A stretch of DNA of 61,443 bases from a virus. The notes under the pieces are model-generated. The model searched no databases. It worked only from the letters and a program-made list of their open reading frames with translations, and had not been told where the DNA came from. How positions within the stretch are numbered: position 1 is the stretch's first letter; each line of letters starts with the position of its first letter. Shown here in pieces: positions 7,197-16,711 of this stretch. The DNA lies in the IMG/VR virus record IMGVR_UViG_3300036901_000131, one strand, 5' to 3'. Both the position numbers and the translations under genes were made by a program.

Positions 7197-10079
7197 TTAT
7201 GCGTTTGCTTCGAATGTTAAAAATCCCAACCAGTTCAACTGAACGTCTTCACCCGTGACGGTGACTTGCAATTGGTTGGAGACGATTGTCAGGGTTGGTA
7301 CTGACCAGTCAGCAGCACCTCCGGTGCTGTTTTCAAGTGTGTATACAGGTGATGTTCCAATGAAGGAGTAATCTCCTGCATTATTACAGATGACGAATGA
7401 TGGTGCAAGGACAAACGTCGCCGCGTTGGTGGCATCATTGTTTATGATGATGGTTGGATCGTAACCAATGACCGATCCGGTGATTCTGGCGAGACTAAAA
7501 GCTATCAACGCCGGTAGATTGTTCGCTCCTGGAGTGTCCGAGTCCGTGGTGAGAACGACCGGAGAGACCGCATCAACACCACCAGAAAAATCGTATCCCG
7601 TAGTGCCTTGAGAACCATTGCTCATGATCGTGGAAGGACCACCGCCATTATAGCCGGTCGTGAAACCATCAGGCATGGCATTTGTGATGTCCTGCATGGT
7701 TGTCGTGACGTTACCATCGGAATCTGTCGCCAGATTGATGGTGAGATCAGGGGTTGAGAAGACGATTGAAAGGCTCTGGTTGTCGATACCAGAGGTGTCA
7801 TTGATGACGAGTACATAGCTGTTTTCGGCATTGCCCGCTGACGGTGCGGTGACGTAATAACTCCAAGGGTTGCCGGTATCACTGGTCCAATTGACCACGG
7901 CATTCGTTCCAGGGATGGTGATGCCAGAGACTTTTTGTTCATGCTTGGTTGGCGTATTGTCACAGAGATAGGACGTGGGAACGCCACGAACAACGAAATC
8001 ACCCGAACAGAAATCTCGCCCACCTCGGCCAAGAACCACAGAATTGTCATAATAGACACTAGCGTCATCGCCAATGGCGACGGCACCAGCGATGCCACTG
8101 CTGATACTACCCATGATCGCGACGTTGTTTGAACCAATCGCCTGATTACCATAGCCGATGACAATGCTTCCGAGTGCGGCATTGTTATAGGCACCAATGG
8201 CTATGCCTGAGGTGTAGCTTCTCGCATCATATCCAACCACGATACCGTAGCTTTGGGCTACGTAAGAACTCCCGCCAATTACCACCGAGCCAACTAATCC
8301 TACGCCCTTCGCTTTGCCTCCGATTGCCACCGCGCCATAGCCTTCAGAATAAGCTTTATAGCCAACGGCGATACCGCCGCTATGATCTGAAGCGGTTGCC
8401 GCTTTAAATCCGAGCGCGACCGCGTAGTTCCCCCCACAGCCAGTATAGGCACCGATGGCCACCGAACCCAGACCTGAAACGGTAGCTTGTTTGCCTATGG
8501 AGATCGCGTAGGGAGCATTGTTCGCAACTTCAAAACCAAGCGCGATGCCATATGGTTCTGAAACTGTACTGGAAGCACCAATCAAGATACCAAAAACCGC
8601 AGGACTTTCGATTTCTGAGGACAGACCGCCGATCAGGATACCGTTTGTGGCCGCATTGATGGCCGGGGTGCTCGCGAGGGTGATCGCGTTGTCTGCGGTA
8701 GAGCCTCCATAACCAATCGCGATTGCATAATTCGCTACTGCATAACTTGACTTTATGGCAAGTGAAGTATTTCCCAAGGCGACTGTGTAGCTAGATTCTC
8801 CGAAAGGGCCGCCGATTGCTATCGAGCCATTTTCCGCCTTGGCCTGACTGCCGATGGCGATTGACCAATCATCAAAAGTTTTGGCTTTGTAGCCGATGGC
8901 AATGTTAATAGAACCAACCGCGTATGACTGAGCACCGATGGCGATGTTGTAAGCAGATGCTATCGTCACATGAGAACCGATGGCGATGGAGTTTTGTCCA
9001 TAAGCTTCGACGGAATAGCCAATCGCAACAGAATAGGAGGAGTTGATTCTGTTCGACATGCCAATGGAGATTGAATGGCCGGTACCACTTTCCAGATCAG
9101 TATTACTACCGATGACCACTGATCTTTCTCCCATCGATGACGTGTAGCCGCCTATCGTGATGGCAAAATCCGCACCTGGCTGGGCGAGTATTCCAATGGC
9201 TATCGCGTTATTCGCGGAAGCATAGGATTCGCCACCAATGGCGATGCCGTAGTAATTGGTGGCATTTGCATGATCCCCAATGGCGATGGTAGAAAAGCCA
9301 GAAGAACTGGATGAGTACCCGATGGCGATCGTATTATTGTTGGTGGAATGCGCCTGTGACCCAATCCCTATCGCCTGGGGGCCGTAGGCATGAGCCTGTC
9401 GTCCAATCGCGATGGAGTTAACATAAGTTGCTCTTGAAGAATATCCTATAGATACATCGTAAGTACCAGTGGTCGTGGCATGAACACCGATGGAGATTGT
9501 GTTCTGATTACCGGCGTAGGCTTCGGCCCCGATGGCTATGGAATAATTATCAGCCACATAGGAACTCTCTCCGATGGCGATCCCGCTACTACCAGTGTTT
9601 TTAGCTGAAAGACCGATAGCAATGGACTTTTGATTGAGCGCGTAAGCCTGCGTTCCGAGCGCGACTGCATTATCCGCGTACGCATGAGTATGACGCCCTA
9701 TCGCGATGGACGCATTATAGGATGCTTTTGAAAAATATCCTATTGCCATGTCGTAAGTACCAACAGTCGTGGCATGCACGCCAATGGCTATGGTATTGTC
9801 ATAAGCGGCGTACGTTTCGGCACCAATCGCGATGCCGAAAAAATCTCTGGCATCCGCGCTCTTGCCAATGGCGATGCCACCATAATTCCCGGCTGATGCA
9901 CCTTCACCAATGCCGAAATTACCCAGTTCACTGTATCCGGTTGGCGATCCAATGTAGGTTGAAATCGCGCTGATAGTCGTTTTCGCGTTGCTGCCGCTCT
10001 GCACGACACCGAGGATTTCCGTTCCGGTCAGTGTGTCGGCGACGGGTAGCGCGGAGGTTGTTGAATTCGATCCACTCAT
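7197..10079 (-). CDS. tail fiber protein with YadA-head/Hep_Hag-like 14-residue repeats
   Basis: 960 aa. The central region is dozens of ~14-residue repeats (…NSIAIGxxAxAxGxx… with IAIG/VAIG/VALG every 14 residues), as in trimeric-autotransporter head and phage fiber beta-roll repeats. The N-terminal approximately 45 aa (ATLTGTEILGVVQ…TTISAISTY) and the C-terminal domain are shared with the adjacent 767-aa paralog. Confidence 0.7.
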   Translation of the reverse strand: MSGSNSTTSALPVADTLTGTEILGVVQSGSNAKTTISAISTYIGSPTGYSELGNFGIGEGASAGNYGGIAIGKSADARDFFGIAIGAETYAAYDNTIAIGVHATTVGTYDMAIGYFSKASYNASIAIGRHTHAYADNAVALGTQAYALNQKSIAIGLSAKNTGSSGIAIGESSYVADNYSIAIGAEAYAGNQNTISIGVHATTTGTYDVSIGYSSRATYVNSIAIGRQAHAYGPQAIGIGSQAHSTNNNTIAIGYSSSSSGFSTIAIGDHANATNYYGIAIGGESYASANNAIAIGILAQPGADFAITIGGYTSSMGERSVVIGSNTDLESGTGHSISIGMSNRINSSYSVAIGYSVEAYGQNSIAIGSHVTIASAYNIAIGAQSYAVGSINIAIGYKAKTFDDWSIAIGSQAKAENGSIAIGGPFGESSYTVALGNTSLAIKSSYAVANYAIAIGYGGSTADNAITLASTPAINAATNGILIGGLSSEIESPAVFGILIGASSTVSEPYGIALGFEVANNAPYAISIGKQATVSGLGSVAIGAYTGCGGNYAVALGFKAATASDHSGGIAVGYKAYSEGYGAVAIGGKAKGVGLVGSVVIGGSSYVAQSYGIVVGYDARSYTSGIAIGAYNNAALGSIVIGYGNQAIGSNNVAIMGSISSGIAGAVAIGDDASVYYDNSVVLGRGGRDFCSGDFVVRGVPTSYLCDNTPTKHEQKVSGITIPGTNAVVNWTSDTGNPWSYYVTAPSAGNAENSYVLVINDTSGIDNQSLSIVFSTPDLTINLATDSDGNVTTTMQDITNAMPDGFTTGYNGGGPSTIMSNGSQGTTGYDFSGGVDAVSPVVLTTDSDTPGANNLPALIAFSLARITGSVIGYDPTIIINNDATNAATFVLAPSFVICNNAGDYSFIGTSPVYTLENSTGGAADWSVPTLTIVSNQLQVTVTGEDVQLNWLGFLTFEANA

Positions 10080-10090
10080 TTAAATATTCC

Positions 10091-12394
10091 TTACTGATTG
10101 GATTCGAGTTTGAGAAAAGCCATCCAACCGATGCTGCCAACTCCTTGATCCTGAACGGTGATCGTGAGCACAGCATCGGCACCAGAACCAACCACGGTCA
10201 GGGCCGGAACCGTCCAATCGACTGCGCCGTCCGTATTGTTCTGTAATGTGAACGTTGGCGTTCCAATGAACTGATAGGTGCCACTACCATCCTTGTAACA
10301 AAGCACCGGAGCGAGGGAGAAGCTGGCCGCGTCAGCGGAGCCTTCCCAGAGAGCGGCTTCATAAGCGATCACGGTTCCGTACAAATTCGCCATCGTGTAA
10401 TAAGTCATGGCTGGTGTGTTGGTGGTCGTCGGACTGTTGCCGTCGACTGTCAAAACGACTGGTCCCGATGTGGTATCAACACCGCCGCTCAGATTGGTCG
10501 TGCTGATCCCGGCAGAAAATGACTGCGTGCCGTCCGTGAAAGTCATCGACATTGGTGCTAAGCTAAAACCATAATCACTTATTGGAAGAGCCGATACGTT
10601 TCCTTCGCTATCGGTAGGGAGATAGATTATTACGGAATCATAACCAGCATCGACAAAAGCCTCTTGATTCGCTGCTGGGCTTGGATCGATGACCGTGAAT
10701 GTCAGGGAGTTTCCCGCACTTCCGGGAGTATTGGCGGTCATGGTCACGCTTGAATCACCCACGGTGAAACTAAAACTGGCGGCGGTTTCCACCGATGTCT
10801 TACCGGCCAGTTTTATCCAGGTCTCGTTGGGTTTGAACGTACCGTTGTAAGTATTTGGATAGCCTGCAATAACGAAACTTCCCATGGTTCGGTCGATGCC
10901 ATGACCAATCACGACGGAATGCGGATAATGGCTGCTCGCGCCGTAACCAATCGCGATGGCATTTTCCGCTGTAGCCATAGCACCAAAACCAATTGCGATG
11001 GCATAAGTTTCCGTCGCTTGAGTAAAAGCACCAAGCGCGGTGGCATAATTCCCGTATCCGTGAGCACTAACACCAAGCGCGACGGCACCCTGCTCCATCG
11101 CTTTGGCATCGTAACCGAGCGCGGTGGCAGCAGTCACAAACGCGACGGTGTGATAACCAAGGGCGACTGTCTTTTCGCCATGGGCATAACTATTGTCACC
11201 AATCGCGATGCCATACAGCGCTGATTTGACTGAGACGTAAGCACCAATCCCTATGGCACAAATTGAGCCAGCGATGTAAACACTACTGCCGATGGCGATT
11301 GAAGTATTGGAGTCCGCATCCACTCTGGCGACATTACCAATGGCGATTGCGTTAACATTACCAAATGAATTTGCGAGGTTTCCAATCGCAACTGAGCCAC
11401 CATGAGCGTAGGCTTGATACCCTATGGCCAGTGCGTAGGTTCCCTTGGCGACCGCCTTGAAGCCCATGGCGATGGATTTCAAGCCATAAGATTCTGAATC
11501 TGCACCAAGCGCGATGCCATACAACGCGGCATCAGCGGCATAAGCGAAGCCACCGATGGTGATCGAATATGTTCCTTTCGCGACGGTGCCGTAGCCAAGC
11601 GACGCGACTCCGCCAGCAGTAATGGCCGCGCCACCACCCACCGCCGTCGCTTTGTCACCTGAGTTGACGCAGTAAGGACCTATCGCGATGGTGTAATCTG
11701 AAGTCGCGGTCGCGTGATAACCAACGGCGAGCGCTGACGTTCCATTCGCGGTACTCTTCTCGCCGACAGTGACCGTGTGATTACCAATGGCGTAGGCTTT
11801 GTAACCAATCGCGACCATCGAGCTACCCGATACGCCAAACGCCTGATGCCCGATTATCACGCTGTAGCTGCCGTAGGATTCCGCATGGGCTCCAATGGCT
11901 ATCGAGTATCCTGTTTCTCCTCTGCATTGCGCGGCTGCGCCGATAGCGATGCCAAAGGGATTGGCCTGCGAATTATAACCCATGGCGATGGCTGCCGGTC
12001 CAAAAGCACCGGCAACTACCCCGATGCTGATCCCATGAGCGTCTGCAACATATGCATGATAACCGAGCGCGATTGTGTAACCAGTACCGGCAATCGCGTT
12101 ATAACCTAGCGCGGTCGCGTTACTGCCTTGGGCGGCGGCATTCCGGCCAACAGCCACTCCATTGGATGCGACTGATGTGCTTTCCCAACCTATCGCGACC
12201 TGACCGACATCCGACCCATTGACAGCGGCGTCTTCGCCGAACACCACGTTCTCGCCATTCAACGCTGCAACGGCGTAGGTCGAGATAGCGGTCAAGGTGG
12301 TTTGCACATCTCCCGCATCCTGAACAACGCCGATGATCTCGGCTCCAGTCAGGGTTGCGGCATCCGGAAATTGCGTGGTTTTTAAATTAGCCAT
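10091..12394 (-). CDS. tail fiber protein paralog (Hep_Hag-like repeats)
   Basis: 767 aa. N-terminus MANLKTTQFPDAATLTGAEIIGVVQ…TLTAISTY and C-terminus (…DWTVPALTVV…LTITVQDQG…FLKLESNQ) are homologous to the 7197..10079 product. Central repeats follow the pattern AIGxxAxAxG. Confidence 0.7.
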   Translation of the reverse strand: MANLKTTQFPDAATLTGAEIIGVVQDAGDVQTTLTAISTYAVAALNGENVVFGEDAAVNGSDVGQVAIGWESTSVASNGVAVGRNAAAQGSNATALGYNAIAGTGYTIALGYHAYVADAHGISIGVVAGAFGPAAIAMGYNSQANPFGIAIGAAAQCRGETGYSIAIGAHAESYGSYSVIIGHQAFGVSGSSMVAIGYKAYAIGNHTVTVGEKSTANGTSALAVGYHATATSDYTIAIGPYCVNSGDKATAVGGGAAITAGGVASLGYGTVAKGTYSITIGGFAYAADAALYGIALGADSESYGLKSIAMGFKAVAKGTYALAIGYQAYAHGGSVAIGNLANSFGNVNAIAIGNVARVDADSNTSIAIGSSVYIAGSICAIGIGAYVSVKSALYGIAIGDNSYAHGEKTVALGYHTVAFVTAATALGYDAKAMEQGAVALGVSAHGYGNYATALGAFTQATETYAIAIGFGAMATAENAIAIGYGASSHYPHSVVIGHGIDRTMGSFVIAGYPNTYNGTFKPNETWIKLAGKTSVETAASFSFTVGDSSVTMTANTPGSAGNSLTFTVIDPSPAANQEAFVDAGYDSVIIYLPTDSEGNVSALPISDYGFSLAPMSMTFTDGTQSFSAGISTTNLSGGVDTTSGPVVLTVDGNSPTTTNTPAMTYYTMANLYGTVIAYEAALWEGSADAASFSLAPVLCYKDGSGTYQFIGTPTFTLQNNTDGAVDWTVPALTVVGSGADAVLTITVQDQGVGSIGWMAFLKLESNQ

Positions 12395-12974
12395 CTGCTG
12401 CTTCGCCTTCTAGTTCAAAATATCCGCCTTCCTCAAGCAACCAGAAGCCTTCATTTTCGAGCAGAAGATATGGTCCAGCTTGTTCCAGCAGCCAGTTGTC
12501 ACCCGTTTCAAGCAGCCATGCGCTGCCATCCTCCAATAGTCTGTCGTAGGAGGTAGCGATCAAAGTCGCATCGGCGGAATCACTCGCCGACGCCGTTTCC
12601 ACGAAGTCGGTCAAAACCGGAGTGATGACACTGACGATGGTCGTTGTTGGCTCCGCTGTGTGCCACTGATAATTGTTGCCTTGCACGGTCGAACACCGAT
12701 AGGCCGTGATCCGAGCAACATTCTCCGGTTCGCCATCCACAAGTTGCATCAAGAGAGTACAGGTGCCGAACGGCATGTTGTTTCGGTTGCTCACGTCGGC
12801 GCTGGTTTGAGCCAAAGAGGCTTCGACGTGTGGGCCTTCGCCCGTGGTCACCCAGAAGCGACCCACGCCGACCTGTTTGATGAGGTAGCCAACAGCCGTC
12901 GTACCCGATTCATCTATCGCGAAGAGAATGGGTAGTCCGGACGGCCCAAAATATTTGACGGGTAGTGATTTCAT
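12387..12974 (-). CDS. tail-associated protein with C-terminal WLLE tandem repeats
   Basis: 195 aa, overlapping the start of fiber gene 2. C-terminus has four or five about 10-residue repeats (GSAWLLETGDNWLLEQAGPYLLLENEGFWLLEEGGYFELEG). Confidence 0.4.
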   Translation of the reverse strand: MKSLPVKYFGPSGLPILFAIDESGTTAVGYLIKQVGVGRFWVTTGEGPHVEASLAQTSADVSNRNNMPFGTCTLLMQLVDGEPENVARITAYRCSTVQGNNYQWHTAEPTTTIVSVITPVLTDFVETASASDSADATLIATSYDRLLEDGSAWLLETGDNWLLEQAGPYLLLENEGFWLLEEGGYFELEGEAADG

Positions 12975-13009
12975 AACAGTATCTCATATTTAGGAGATAC
13001 CGTTATTAC

Positions 13010-14206
13010 TCAGTCGTCGGATGGTGTTCCGTAATAGTAGTCATTCCAGAACAAGCCACCAACGAAGTCCCGGACATGGTCGATCCTGGTCTGCGTCGCA
13101 ATGTTGTTGGCCAGACACTGCCGGATCACGGTCACCGGGTCCTGACCATCCCAGATTTTGAACGCCATGCCGCGCTCAAACTTCGGCAGGGATAAGACAA
13201 CCTCAACGGCGAATCGTTTCTTGTCACCGCACTCCTTCGCGCGAGCGACGAACACCGTCAGCATTGCCGCCTTGATCCTGATGCGTCTCTCGAACTCATT
13301 GCTGAAGTCGTCGATGGCCCGCTTGTCCTTGTCATCCATGAACTGCTTCACGTCATCAACCGTCTCATGCAGCACCAGAGCCCAGACATTCTTTTCCAGG
13401 TTCAAGGTATCCTTGGTGCCATGGATGCGGCAGTACAGGAGGGCCTTCGCCTTCACCATATGACCACTGTCGAAGCGCACGACATAGCCTTCGGCGTCCT
13501 CTAGTAATGAGGTCTCGGTTAGGAATCGCTGAATATCCTCGGCTGAGCCGTCCATCGCTCTGACGACAGGAATATGGAAGCGCGCGGCGATCTCGACCAT
13601 CGCGGGATACAGGTGATACTGACCAGAAACGTTGTGCCGGATGCCGGTCAGAGTTAGCTCGTCCTCGGGATAATCCAGCACGATGCGTTGCTTACGAGAT
13701 GTCCACTCGAAGATGGCCGTGAGACCTTCCTCGCGCATCGCCTCACAGAACGGCGCGTAGGCGTCGCCCACGGCGTCGCTGATCGGCTTGGCTACGTCGG
13801 TGGCTCCCATCTTGGTATGCCACTGCCAAGCGCCCTGACGCTTGAACGCGGTGATCATACTTCCATCCCTCTTCTCAAGGACGCGGTGCGGCATTGACCA
13901 GTCAATGATGCCCATCTGGGTCTCTGGTAACTGATTTACATTGAAGAACTTCGCATAAGGTTTTGCCACGACATCCCCTGTGCTGATGTCGAATTTGATG
14001 CCACGGCAATCGCGGCGAAGTACCGCCAGACGATGCGGCAGACCGGCCAACAACATTGGATCGGGAAAGGTCGTGGGACAGGTGAACATGTAGTTGATCA
14101 CCAGGTAGCCATTGACTTCATCACGCTTGATGATGAACTCTTCGCTACCTTCAATGGCCGGGAGATAATCCTGAATGTTGGATGCTGCTTGAAAACGATA
14201 CTTCAT
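13010..14206 (-). CDS. rnlA: RNA ligase 1 (T4 RnlA-like)
   Basis: Aligns by eye to T4 Rnl1 at DCRGIKFDISTG/ECRGIMFEMDG, PYAKFFNVNQ/PMEKFFNLNE and the nucleotidyltransferase motif I lysine (EKRDGSM/TKEDGSL). Length 398 aa against 374. Confidence 0.8.
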   Translation of the reverse strand: MKYRFQAASNIQDYLPAIEGSEEFIIKRDEVNGYLVINYMFTCPTTFPDPMLLAGLPHRLAVLRRDCRGIKFDISTGDVVAKPYAKFFNVNQLPETQMGIIDWSMPHRVLEKRDGSMITAFKRQGAWQWHTKMGATDVAKPISDAVGDAYAPFCEAMREEGLTAIFEWTSRKQRIVLDYPEDELTLTGIRHNVSGQYHLYPAMVEIAARFHIPVVRAMDGSAEDIQRFLTETSLLEDAEGYVVRFDSGHMVKAKALLYCRIHGTKDTLNLEKNVWALVLHETVDDVKQFMDDKDKRAIDDFSNEFERRIRIKAAMLTVFVARAKECGDKKRFAVEVVLSLPKFERGMAFKIWDGQDPVTVIRQCLANNIATQTRIDHVRDFVGGLFWNDYYYGTPSDD

Positions 14207-14235
14207 AATTACGCGAGTGTATCATAAATAATCCC

Positions 14236-14409
14236 ATGAGAACATACATCAATCTAGTCGAGCACGATTCGGCACTCAACCGCATCTGGCAAAACGCGAG
14301 AACGTTACAAAGTGAGATCAAATATCTCAATGTCAGTCAGGATGTGAAGTCCAAACTGTTGCTCTCGATGCAACGGGTCACCGACTACCTGGACGCGCTT
14401 CACACCTAA
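14236..14409 (+). CDS. hypothetical small protein (57 aa)
   Basis: ATG to TAA on the plus strand between two minus-strand genes. Helical-looking sequence MRTYINLVEHDSALNRIWQNARTLQSEIKYLNVSQDVKSKLLLSMQRVTDYLDALHT. Not in the ORF track (below 60 aa). Confidence 0.25.
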   Translation: MRTYINLVEHDSALNRIWQNARTLQSEIKYLNVSQDVKSKLLLSMQRVTDYLDALHT

Positions 14410-14457
14410 TCGTCATCCAACAACGATCCATATGTTGTCTCCAATAGCTTTTGGGCT

Positions 14458-14826
14458 TCACTTTTGGGAAGAGCGGCTTTGCTCGGCCCAGTATTTCGCT
14501 GCGGCCTCTGTGTTATCTCCGAACAAAATGTCATTGACCGTCACGCGTGTGAGAATTCGTTGGAAAATATCCCGTAACACTTTTTGACTCTCGGTCGGTG
14601 GCGGCGGCGGATTACGCAAGGTGATGACATTCTCGGTGCCCTCCATCACCACATATTTCTCAGCGAACTCGGCTTCCGTCATCGCGTAAGGAAACCCGCG
14701 CGTGGCATAGATCATGTATGTGGTCTCACAGGCATCGCACGTCACACGCACGAACTTTCCATAGCAACCTTCGGGAACTTCCCACATATGCAACTTACCG
14801 CAGTTCACGCAATCACCGGTTATCAT
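14458..14826 (-). CDS. Cys-rich zinc-finger-like protein
   Basis: 122 aa with CVNCGK…CYGKFVRVTCDAC (CxxC…CxxC). The antisense plus-strand ORFs are rejected. Confidence 0.4.
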   Translation of the reverse strand: MITGDCVNCGKLHMWEVPEGCYGKFVRVTCDACETTYMIYATRGFPYAMTEAEFAEKYVVMEGTENVITLRNPPPPPTESQKVLRDIFQRILTRVTVNDILFGDNTEAAAKYWAEQSRSSQK

Positions 14827-14828
14827 CT

Positions 14829-15188
14829 TCAGAACCTTTCAGCGTTCCTGAACGCTTCTGTCTTACCATCAGCCAGCACGAATGTCACACTGTCATAATC
14901 GTACTCGAACGCGAGATTGACCTCGCGCGTGTTGTTCTTGATGTAGCGCACCCAGATCGACCACTTGCCCTGAATGTTGTTGAACAACCATCGGTTCAGC
15001 AGACTGACAGGATGCGGAATCTCGGTGACGATGAACCGATGTCGGCTCCAGTCGAGCGGGATGATACCGCGATGCCATCGATCAGCGAGATCATCCGGAT
15101 CGAACTCAAGTCCGGTGAAACAGACCTTGGAGGGAATCAATTGCTGATCACAAAAACAGTCTTCATGTTTGGTTTTGGCCCGAACCAA
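14829..15188 (-). CDS. hypothetical protein
   Basis: 119-aa ORF co-directional with the operon. The overlapping plus-strand 189-aa ORF has antisense-like composition. Confidence 0.35.
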   Translation of the reverse strand: MVRAKTKHEDCFCDQQLIPSKVCFTGLEFDPDDLADRWHRGIIPLDWSRHRFIVTEIPHPVSLLNRWLFNNIQGKWSIWVRYIKNNTREVNLAFEYDYDSVTFVLADGKTEAFRNAERF

Positions 15189-15225
15189 GCGTCATCAACT
15201 AATATGCTTTTGCATTCGGCGACCG

Positions 15226-15474
15226 TCATCCGGCGCAACTTTCCAGGGAGTTCATCCGAGCGTCGAGACGATTTTCGACATCGGTGATGTCCTGTTGCAG
15301 GCGATTTTCAAGGTCGTTGATGTCCTGCTGGAGGAGGGATATCTCTTCTTGAAGGCCGGAAACATCCAATTCGAGGTCGCCAATCTTCTCTTGTTGGCGT
15401 GCGTTTTCTTCTTGCAGTTCCTCGAAGTTGTAATTCAGGAATGCAAAATCTTCGATGGTGTCAATTCTATTCAT
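15226..15474 (-). CDS. coiled-coil protein
   Basis: Start trimmed to the internal ATG at 15474 (MNRIDTIEDF…), which lies 2 nt downstream of the VWA-protein stop codon (15467..15469). Heptad-like repeats DINDLENRLQQDITDVENRLD. Confidence 0.35.
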   Translation of the reverse strand: MNRIDTIEDFAFLNYNFEELQEENARQQEKIGDLELDVSGLQEEISLLQQDINDLENRLQQDITDVENRLDARMNSLESCAG

Positions 15475-16711
15475 GAAAAATTTCCTTTGGTTCGTAGTAG
15501 CAAACTTGGCCGTATGATGGCTTGGCACGCGGATTCGAGTGAATGATGAACAGAGTATCACAAAAATCCTCGTCACCCCAATCATCATCGACATAGCCAT
15601 CGGTGAAAATCAGCAATCTGTGCGGCTCGATCTCATGTTCCTTCATGTACTCCCAGCAGCAGGAGGGCACCGTGCCGCCACCGCCACGGAAGGGATAGTC
15701 GTAGATTTCATCCGCGTTATCCGGTGTGAAGGTCATGACATTGTAGACCTCGGTGTCAAAGGTTCCGATGATCAGTTCAAAATCCGCGAACGTGCTGATG
15801 ATGCCAGCGCACTCGGAGAGGAAATCGGTGACCATCTCCTTCGTGGTTGACGCGGAACCATCTAGGAACGCCGCCGCCTTCACTTTCTCCTGGACATCCG
15901 AACCCGGCAGGATGAAACCAGTGGACCAGAACCGGCGTGACAATCGCATGTAAGTGTAGTCATATTTGATCGCTGAGCGCAGTACATTATCCAGCATCTT
16001 CCGCCAATCGATCTTGTGTTCCAGCAGTTTATTGAGCATCCGTAGAATGCCAGCCGGTATTTTGCCGGGATCGACATTGGGTTGTTGCGCCGCCTGAATG
16101 AGCGTGGTGCGAATGTTGTTCCGGATATCCTCCATTTCTTCCGAGGTGAGGACCGGTGGACCATCGCCTTTCTGACCATCGCTGTGCTTGAGGTCTTTCT
16201 GTCCATCTCCACCGCCGTTGCCATCAAGATGCATGTCGAGTGGCATCTGAATCTTGACCTGTTTCCTTTCCAGCAGGGCGTAGAGTTCCTCGGCGCTGAA
16301 ATCATCGGTATAATCCGGATCGAACAATACTCGGACTATCGGTGGCTTGTTTTTGATCTCGCGACCGATCATCTGACCCTGACTGTCCTTGGTGGTCAGT
16401 AAGGTGTAATTCACAAGGTAGTCGATGGCCATCCCCCAAATATCTGGATTTCTGTTGCCGCATCTGAACATGTGGTTAAAAACGCAATGAAGAACTTCAT
16501 GAGCGGTCAACCAGATCAACTCTTCGCGATCCAGTTGCTTGACGAAGTCCCGATTGTAGTAGAAGAACCGGCCATCAGTGGCCGCCGTCAGACACCAGGT
16601 GACTTCCTTCAGTTCGAGATGCAGGATGATGGGGCCGAAGATCGGCCATTCCAACAGCAATCTGACACGGGCTTTTTGGAGTTCAATGAGAACCGGATCG
16701 GTGTTCCTCAA
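15467..16711 (-). CDS. VWA-domain protein with N-terminal HExxH metallopeptidase-like domain (DUF2201/CoxE-like, CobT-like partner of the AAA+ ATPase)
   Basis: WLTAHEVLHCVFNH (HExxH) lies in the N-terminal DUF2201_N-like region with a C-terminal VWA-like region. Start overlaps the MoxR gene stop (ATGA). Confidence 0.65.
   Translation of the reverse strand: MRNTDPVLIELQKARVRLLLEWPIFGPIILHLELKEVTWCLTAATDGRFFYYNRDFVKQLDREELIWLTAHEVLHCVFNHMFRCGNRNPDIWGMAIDYLVNYTLLTTKDSQGQMIGREIKNKPPIVRVLFDPDYTDDFSAEELYALLERKQVKIQMPLDMHLDGNGGGDGQKDLKHSDGQKGDGPPVLTSEEMEDIRNNIRTTLIQAAQQPNVDPGKIPAGILRMLNKLLEHKIDWRKMLDNVLRSAIKYDYTYMRLSRRFWSTGFILPGSDVQEKVKAAAFLDGSASTTKEMVTDFLSECAGIISTFADFELIIGTFDTEVYNVMTFTPDNADEIYDYPFRGGGGTVPSCCWEYMKEHEIEPHRLLIFTDGYVDDDWGDEDFCDTLFIIHSNPRAKPSYGQVCYYEPKEIFHE

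Noticed and set aside
7622-9973. Multiple ORFs (191, 65, 77, 64, 83, 73 aa) overlapping the 960-aa fiber gene in other frames or on the plus strand
   Set aside because: They lie within an internally repetitive coding region. Their Ser/Arg/Pro-rich compositions are typical of out-of-frame translation. The long minus-strand ORF carries the recognisable 14-residue repeat.
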